Part shown: in pieces, positions 20,059 through 26,051 of the stretch
Position numbering within the stretch: position 1 is the first letter of the stretch
Layout: each line of letters opens with the position of its first letter
Source: Candidatus Phoenicimicrobium oleiphilum
GTDB taxonomy: Bacteria > Atribacterota > Phoenicimicrobiia > Phoenicimicrobiales > Phoenicimicrobiaceae
NCBI GenBank assembly: GCA_039638295.1
Contig: JBDIWJ010000024.1
Location: 1 to 26,051 of the forward strand
Length of the DNA stretch: 26,051 nt
Direction: 5' to 3'
Made by a program: the position numbers and the translations under genes
The notes under the pieces: model-generated
Told to the model about the DNA's origin: nothing
The model's database searches: none
What the model saw: only the letters and a program-made list of their open reading frames with translations

Positions 20059-20302
20059 GTATGGGGGTCGAATTTATTTAACCCGAAACAGATGGGCTTG
20101 ATGAATCAAGCCCCTACTACCTTTATGCTCTATACTCGAATACCATTCATTATTTCATTATAATGGAAAGCGTAAAATGCAAAACCATAGCTCAAAATTT
20201 AAAATTAAAGAAAGATATTTAAGATTTTGAATTATAGTATTGTTCACGCAATACTCGATACGCAATACGATATACTAACAACTATTCACTATTCACTAAC
20301 GA
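20059..20302. repeat. Composite repeat element between iscS and iscU
   Basis: REP doublet (degenerate 20059-20084; 20094-20117), TATGCTC/TATACTC, inverted arms 20180-20203/20218-20242, ACGCAAT/ACTCGAT units 20246-20275, ACTATTC x2. Confidence 0.78.
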
Positions 20303-21481
20303 CTAATTTAGTCCTTCCCAAGTCCCTTTAAAGGGAGAAAGAGCACGTAATTTTTCTATAATTTTAGGTAAAATATCTATTACATAATCTACTTCTTCTT
20401 CAGTATTATCCTTCCCTAATGTCAATCTCAAGGAACCATGAGCAATTTCCGGTGGAAGGCCAATAGCTAATAGTACATGCGATGGTTCTAAAGAACCAGA
20501 GGTACAGGCTGAGCCACTGGAAGCTGCTACTCCTTCCATATCTAAGTTGAGTAACATCGATTCTCCTTCGATAAACTCAAAACAGAAATTAACATTTCCA
20601 GGCAATCTATTAATATGATGACCATTTAAACGGACATTTTCTATCTTGTTCATAATCTCTTTAATCAATTTATCTCTCAATCTTACTATTCTGTCTTCTT
20701 CACCTTGAGCCAATCTCTTTTCGGCCAACTCAGCAGCTTTACCAATACCCACAATTCCCGCAACGTTTTCAGTACCAGCTCTTCTATTTTTCTCCTGGCC
20801 ACCACCATCTATTAAAGACACTATTCGGGTACCTTTTCTGAGGTATAATACCCCTACCCCATTAGGTCCATATAATTTATGCCCGGATATTGACAACATA
20901 TCTACTTCCAGTTCATTAACATCTATAGGGATATGTCCAACAGTTTGAACTGAATCAGTATGGAAATATATGCCCGCTTCTTTAACTATCTTGGCAATAT
21001 CTTTGATCGGTTCAATGGTGCCAATCTCATTATTGGCATGCATAATAGTCACCAATATAGTCTTATCGGTAATTGCCTTTTTTACATCATCGGGATCTAT
21101 CAGACCATATTTATCTACTGGTAAATAGGTAACTTTGAATCCGTGTTTTTCTAAAAAATGACAGGAATGTAAGACAGCATGATGTTCGATCTGGGAAGTA
21201 ATAATATGATTTCCCTTTTTTTGATTAGCCCAGGCAATACCCTTTATAGCATAATTATCTGATTCTGTCCCTCCACTGGTAAAAACAATCTCAGACGGAT
21301 TTGCTCCAATTAAATGGGCAACCTTTTTTCTGGCCTCCTCTACCGCTTCCCTCGCTTCCTGCCCAAAGGAATGAATACTATTCGGGTTTCCATATTTTTG
21401 GGTAAAATATGGCTCCATTTCTTTAACTACCCCGATATCAGTAGGAGTTGTTGCAGCGTGATCCATATATATTCTTTTCAT
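20303..21481 (-). CDS. iscS: Cysteine desulfurase IscS/NifS
   Basis: YMDHAATTP, GNPNSIH, FTSGGTES, ANNEIG, SGHKLYGP (PLP Lys), RAGTEN, SSGSAC (group I). Confidence 0.96.
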   Translation of the reverse strand: MKRIYMDHAATTPTDIGVVKEMEPYFTQKYGNPNSIHSFGQEAREAVEEARKKVAHLIGANPSEIVFTSGGTESDNYAIKGIAWANQKKGNHIITSQIEHHAVLHSCHFLEKHGFKVTYLPVDKYGLIDPDDVKKAITDKTILVTIMHANNEIGTIEPIKDIAKIVKEAGIYFHTDSVQTVGHIPIDVNELEVDMLSISGHKLYGPNGVGVLYLRKGTRIVSLIDGGGQEKNRRAGTENVAGIVGIGKAAELAEKRLAQGEEDRIVRLRDKLIKEIMNKIENVRLNGHHINRLPGNVNFCFEFIEGESMLLNLDMEGVAASSGSACTSGSLEPSHVLLAIGLPPEIAHGSLRLTLGKDNTEEEVDYVIDILPKIIEKLRALSPFKGTWEGLN

Positions 21482-21527
21482 AAAATTGTTTCCCCTTTCT
21501 TAATTTCACAGTTAGTGACACAAAAAA

Positions 21528-21556
21528 ATTATATTATATATGATTATTTTTGTCAA
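21528..21556 (-). promoter_or_regulatory. Consensus sigma70 promoter for iscS-iscU-ccdA
   Basis: TTGACA (21556-21551), 17 bp spacer, TATAAT (21533-21528). Confidence 0.82.
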
Positions 21557-21593
21557 CTTTATTCTAACCTAAATAATTCAGAAATACCTTGAA

Positions 21594-24500
21594 TCATGGG
21601 GTAAGAATTATTTCTTTAGCATCCTCCTGAGCAATTCGTTCGATAAATTCCTTGAAAGATGGATACTCTTTTTGGGATATTTCAAAGGTGTTAAACTGAT
21701 AATATCTTTCGTATTTTATAATATTATCTTCCATTGAATATTTAATTCTATAAGACCCGAAAGGAAAAACTAAATCAACTTCGTTGGGAACTCTCTCTAC
21801 TTTAAATCCTTCGGGAATATTAATTTCTATTACATTCTGAGTGCAATATTGGTTGTAAAAATACATCGGGAATCTTCTTTCTTCTGTTGCCACCATACTC
21901 GTCGATTCTACCCTTTCAATAATGGAAGGTTTAAGATGTAATTTTTCTCCTATTTTTTTAGCATAATTGGGAACTCGAAATTTGTATCTCTGCTCAACTG
22001 GAATATTAAGATCAGCCAAATCAGAAAAACTAAATTCCTCCAGCACAGAACCAGGACAACTTGAGCTTAAAGAATTTTGAATTAATTCCTTTCTCTTAAT
22101 TTCCCCTAAATCCTTAAAAAGACTCCTATAGTAGGCAGCAAAAATTCCTGATTGTAAAACAGTAGCTTCTCCACTAACTGAACCGTCTTCCTGTAAATTT
22201 AATTTTATTTTTCTTGTTCTCTGATTTTTTTCTGCCGGATGAATGGGTACCTTCACAAATTCCCCTTCTCCATTGATTAACACCATAGCCCAGACACCCT
22301 GATCCATTGCAGGTAAATCACCAAAAACATAATTTTCCGCAGTTCCATCTAAAAACATCAATTCCCCATTCAAAGAAACAGCTGCAATAGCATGGTCAAA
22401 TTGAAAGCTGGGCAGGTCAAGGTCTATTTCTCCACTATATCTCGTTCTAAGCAACACATAATAAACTTCTATCCCTGCTTCCTTTAACATACTGATAAGC
22501 AATGTTGCTTTATCTTTGCAATCTCCATATTTATATTTATATACCTCGGCTGCTTCATGAGGCATATGTCCACTTATACCAAATTCTAAACCCAGATATC
22601 TTATCTCATTGATTACATAATGATATATAGCCCGAATCTTTCCTTCGGGTGTAGTCTCGTTCTGGATAAGTTCAGCTACCTTAGCTTTGATATCAGCATC
22701 TGCCTTGCTCTGCTCTCGAGATATGTCATAATACCAGGTAGCAATCTCCTTCCAGGATGAGAAACTGCTTATCGCAATTCGAGGCGCAACATTATGGAAG
22801 GGAGGCATATCGTTTTCGTAAATAATCTGAGGAATATTAGAGGCTTCCCAGGTATAAATAACTTTATCTTCCCCTTTTTTAATTTTTGGCTCAAGATCAG
22901 TTTTAAAATTCACTATCTTGATTTCTACATCTTTCGGAATAGCAAGTATATACCTGCAAAGTTGAATGGGTTCAAAATCTTGCAAATAGAAAGTATCCTG
23001 GAAATTTTTCCCAATAAAACTTCGACTATAATCATCCAGAGTGTATTGATATTCAATTGTTACCCCTTCTTCTAACGCAGGCATAGAAATAACTTTCTGA
23101 GAAATATTAGAGTATAAGCGATATCCCTCCAGAGGGAAAATATCTTTTATGGAGGTTGCTTCCACCACAGAACCGTCCAATTTAAAAGTTCTGGCTTTCT
23201 TGATAGTTATCCTTTCCCCCCCGGCATTATAAGTGATAAATATTTCGCCAAACTTTTCAATCCCTCTTTTGTTAAAGAGTTTGATAATCCGATGACAAGT
23301 CGTTGAGGAGGTCCCATCTACATTAATAACCTTTTTAACTTCATCTAAAAGTATAGCTGCACTTGCATCAGGATATTCTTCTGCAGAGGGAGCCTTAGCT
23401 ATCAATTCACGGGCATCCACCTCAGCTATTTCTTCCTTTTCGGAAATAAAATCTATATAATCTCTTAAATGAAGAAATCCAGGTGAAATTTCTAAAGCTT
23501 TTCTCCACAGGCTTATAGCTTCCTCTTCTTCCCCCCTCTCATGGTAAAGGTACCCAAGTTGAGAATATATTGATGAATTATAAGGAAATATTTCACTTGC
23601 CTCTCTTAAAATTTCTATAGCCCGCTCTCCTTCATTCATTCTTACATAACCGTCAGCCATACTTCTATAAACTGAAGGGTCATCTGGTCTCCAGGATAAA
23701 ATTTCTCTATAAAGGTCTATTCCTTCCTCATATCTGCCTAATTGGAAATATAAATTGCTCAATCCCCTTCTAGCTAAACCATCATCATAATTTATCTCTA
23801 ATACTTTATTGTATTGTTGAATGGCTTTGTCCAGCCATCCTTTTCTCTCATAGGAAACCCCCAAACTATAATGAGCTGGGGCGAATAATGGATTTAACTG
23901 AACTATTTCCTCTAATTTTCTTCGGGCTTCTAAATTCCACCCCTTTCTCTCATAGGCCCAGGAAAGATATAAATTAGCATCTACGAAATCAGGATTTATT
24001 TCTAAAGCTTTCTCAAATTCTTCAATAGCTTCTTTATATAAACCTTTCTCATAATAATTCATTCCTATTTTTATAATAGCTTGAACGAAGTTCGGATTAA
24101 TTTTTAGTGTTTTCTTGATTTCCTCTAACCCTTCATCAAACTTTTCCTTCCGTTGATAAGCATTACCTAAAAGATAATGTGCTAAAGCATTCTCTAAATC
24201 TAGGGAAATTGCTTCTTTAAATTTCTCGACTGCTTCATCCAAAAACCCTCTTTTTTGGAGAATTATCCCCAAAGAGAGAAGGGCTTTCACATTTTCTGGA
24301 TTTTTGATAACTTCTTCCTTATAATAAGAAAGAGCATCTCCTAAATTAACTTCTTCTCCTTGTTCTTCTTCGGACAATCTATAATCTTTTCCCGATACTA
24401 AATCAACTATTTCTTTAACTTCTGTAGTAAATTTTAAATCTCTGAAGGGATTCCCTTTTATATCTGTTATCCTAAAATAAAATCCCCAGGTATCTTCTTT

Positions 24501-25304
24501 CTCACATACCTTCACTAAAATTTTATTCCAACCTCTACCTAACCAAACAGGAACTACCTCCTGGTCAATTACAGCTTGTCGGTAAATATCCCGTTCTATC
24601 ACTATCTGATCATTAAACCATACTTTTACTGCATCATCTGCCCCTACCTTAAATAAAGCTACTCTCTCTTCTGGAGAATAAAGATAGGTCAAGGCATAAC
24701 CTACTGTCCAATTATTGGGATAAAGAAAGGTGTCAAGATTTATAAAACCAGTAAGATTTATTTTCTTTGGTTTAAACCATCTTATTAGAATACTATCTTT
24801 TCCACTATAGGTTTTTTGTAAATCAATTTCATTTTCAGGGGGGTATACTTTCTTAAAGCCGGACTTTCCGGTATTATCAAAAGGGCCAATTAGAAGCCAA
24901 TCAGTAACCATTCCCATTTTTTTAACCTCTTGTTTTGCCTGATAAATATTACCTTGTTTGATATATGAGCGGACTATTTGTTCCTGGGCATAGGCCTGAA
25001 GAATCTTATTGTTCGGATTTTGAGAGATTATATTTTGTGATAAAGTAATCAAGTCATCATATCGCCCAATTTTCGCAACTATTTCCTCTATCATAATCCA
25101 ATATAATTCCGATTCCGGAGAATCAGGATTTTCTCTTATAAAATCAGACCACTGGTCAAAAGCTTCCTGATAAAGTCCCTTTGACCAATAATCTAATCCC
25201 GCTATTTCTAATTCACTGGTACATACACTTAAATTAAATATGGCAATTGATGCAATTAATAAAATAAAAAATACGAGAACAAATTTCTTTTTGACGATAA
25301 TCAT
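21594..25304 (-). CDS. Large exported TPR / DUF3857 / transglutaminase-like protein
   Basis: N-terminal hydrophobic segment, beta-sandwich-like region (WLLIGPF..GADD..GWNKILVKV), many TPRs, DUF3857-like region, triad motifs GDCKDKA, FDHAI, LDGT. Start set at ATG 25304 after AAGGAG. Confidence 0.85.
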   Translation of the reverse strand: MIIVKKKFVLVFFILLIASIAIFNLSVCTSELEIAGLDYWSKGLYQEAFDQWSDFIRENPDSPESELYWIMIEEIVAKIGRYDDLITLSQNIISQNPNNKILQAYAQEQIVRSYIKQGNIYQAKQEVKKMGMVTDWLLIGPFDNTGKSGFKKVYPPENEIDLQKTYSGKDSILIRWFKPKKINLTGFINLDTFLYPNNWTVGYALTYLYSPEERVALFKVGADDAVKVWFNDQIVIERDIYRQAVIDQEVVPVWLGRGWNKILVKVCEKEDTWGFYFRITDIKGNPFRDLKFTTEVKEIVDLVSGKDYRLSEEEQGEEVNLGDALSYYKEEVIKNPENVKALLSLGIILQKRGFLDEAVEKFKEAISLDLENALAHYLLGNAYQRKEKFDEGLEEIKKTLKINPNFVQAIIKIGMNYYEKGLYKEAIEEFEKALEINPDFVDANLYLSWAYERKGWNLEARRKLEEIVQLNPLFAPAHYSLGVSYERKGWLDKAIQQYNKVLEINYDDGLARRGLSNLYFQLGRYEEGIDLYREILSWRPDDPSVYRSMADGYVRMNEGERAIEILREASEIFPYNSSIYSQLGYLYHERGEEEEAISLWRKALEISPGFLHLRDYIDFISEKEEIAEVDARELIAKAPSAEEYPDASAAILLDEVKKVINVDGTSSTTCHRIIKLFNKRGIEKFGEIFITYNAGGERITIKKARTFKLDGSVVEATSIKDIFPLEGYRLYSNISQKVISMPALEEGVTIEYQYTLDDYSRSFIGKNFQDTFYLQDFEPIQLCRYILAIPKDVEIKIVNFKTDLEPKIKKGEDKVIYTWEASNIPQIIYENDMPPFHNVAPRIAISSFSSWKEIATWYYDISREQSKADADIKAKVAELIQNETTPEGKIRAIYHYVINEIRYLGLEFGISGHMPHEAAEVYKYKYGDCKDKATLLISMLKEAGIEVYYVLLRTRYSGEIDLDLPSFQFDHAIAAVSLNGELMFLDGTAENYVFGDLPAMDQGVWAMVLINGEGEFVKVPIHPAEKNQRTRKIKLNLQEDGSVSGEATVLQSGIFAAYYRSLFKDLGEIKRKELIQNSLSSSCPGSVLEEFSFSDLADLNIPVEQRYKFRVPNYAKKIGEKLHLKPSIIERVESTSMVATEERRFPMYFYNQYCTQNVIEINIPEGFKVERVPNEVDLVFPFGSYRIKYSMEDNIIKYERYYQFNTFEISQKEYPSFKEFIERIAQEDAKEIILTP

Positions 25305-25326
25305 TTTTTCTCCTTTTCCTTCCTCG

Positions 25327-25354
25327 AGCAATACGAAATACGCTATACGCGATA
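25327..25354. repeat. Short heptamer array
   Basis: GCAAT ACGAAAT ACGCTAT ACGCGAT AC, abutting the TAG stop of the 138 aa gene. Confidence 0.68.
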
Positions 25355-25771
25355 CTAAATAAACCTGATCATTCTGCCTAAAATAAGTCCAACTAATAAT
25401 CCAATAAGAAAAGTAGTAGTTAAAATACGGGCGTTAGCTACTTCCTTAACTCCTCTAATCCTGATAAAGGTCAAAGTCACCAGGTAGGCTACACCATTTA
25501 TAGTGATAAAGAAGGGCCAGACTATTATTTTGGCTAAAATCGGGCCTATATAAGGGATTGATTGAATAATAAATATAGCTTGAGAAAAAACATGCCTGGC
25601 CATCTCCATAAAAATTCCTAATAAAGCTAAAATAGCAGTAGTCAATATCTTATCTACCTTCATATAAGTCAATACATAAAAAACAGATATCATTATTAAC
25701 AGAGTTAAAGCAATCTCTAAATCTTCTTTATATTTTGGTTTCTTTAGTTTAGGTTTAAAATCATTACTCAC
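25355..25771 (-). CDS. Hypothetical membrane protein
   Basis: 138 aa, 3-4 hydrophobic segments, co-directional with neighbours; AGGA upstream of the GTG start. Confidence 0.72.
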   Translation of the reverse strand: MSNDFKPKLKKPKYKEDLEIALTLLIMISVFYVLTYMKVDKILTTAILALLGIFMEMARHVFSQAIFIIQSIPYIGPILAKIIVWPFFITINGVAYLVTLTFIRIRGVKEVANARILTTTFLIGLLVGLILGRMIRFI

Positions 25772-25834
25772 CTTTCCTAATCCTTTATAATTTTATTTAC
25801 CTGCCCTTTTAAATTTTAATTGCAATGTTTAAGT

Positions 25835-26050
25835 TTAGGATTTATCATTTTCTGAGGATTGCTCAACAGCTTCTTCTCTTTTTTCTTCTGCTCTCTCTTT
25901 AACAGAGCTTACTCCAATTATAAACGCAAATATACCACCAACTACCAAGACGAATGGCACTAAAGCTGCTAAAGCCTTTATGAATAATAACCACCATTTA
26001 ATCAATCCTAATACTCCCAAAACTATAGCTACTACTCCCCCCAAGATAAT
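25835..26050 (-). CDS. Small two-TM membrane protein, 5'-truncated by the window edge
   Basis: Frame stays open to the window end (..IILGGVVAIVLG..); two hydrophobic helices and a charged tail. Confidence 0.65.
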   Translation of the reverse strand: MILGGVVAIVLGVLGLIKWWLLFIKALAALVPFVLVVGGIFAFIIGVSSVKERAEEKREEAVEQSSENDKS

Positions 26051-26051
26051 C

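Noticed and set aside
21482..21593. iscR/Rrf2 regulator gene upstream of iscS
   Set aside because: Only 112 bp is available and it holds a promoter; no such ORF is present.

Overview
AT-rich bacterial chromosomal window. The gene content suggests an anaerobe, possibly Atribacterota-like (inference only). Protein genes are mostly housekeeping: FAH-family hydrolase, M19 dipeptidase, TPR membrane protein, guaB, nadA-nadB-nadC, coaX, a PanT-like ECF S component, a sigma54-dependent envelope-stress module (Spy/CpxP/ZraP-like protein, DegP, ZraS-like kinase, NtrC-family activator), a DUF2148-like Fe-S protein, a LarE-like PP-loop ATPase, thioredoxin, ccdA, iscU, iscS and a large TPR-DUF3857-transglutaminase protein. 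The main interest is non-coding. (1) The left edge carries what looks like the 5' domain of an OLE large ncRNA. (2) A two-hairpin pan-motif leader overlaps the RBS of the ECF S gene. (3) Eight intergenic spacers are filled with ordered, polarised arrays of degenerate 7-8 nt repeats, four of them also carrying GTAG-type REP palindromes; the arrays begin at stop codons or at a predicted transcription start. No CRISPR array, tRNA, rRNA or intact transposase was seen. All family assignments come from motif recognition; no database searches were run.
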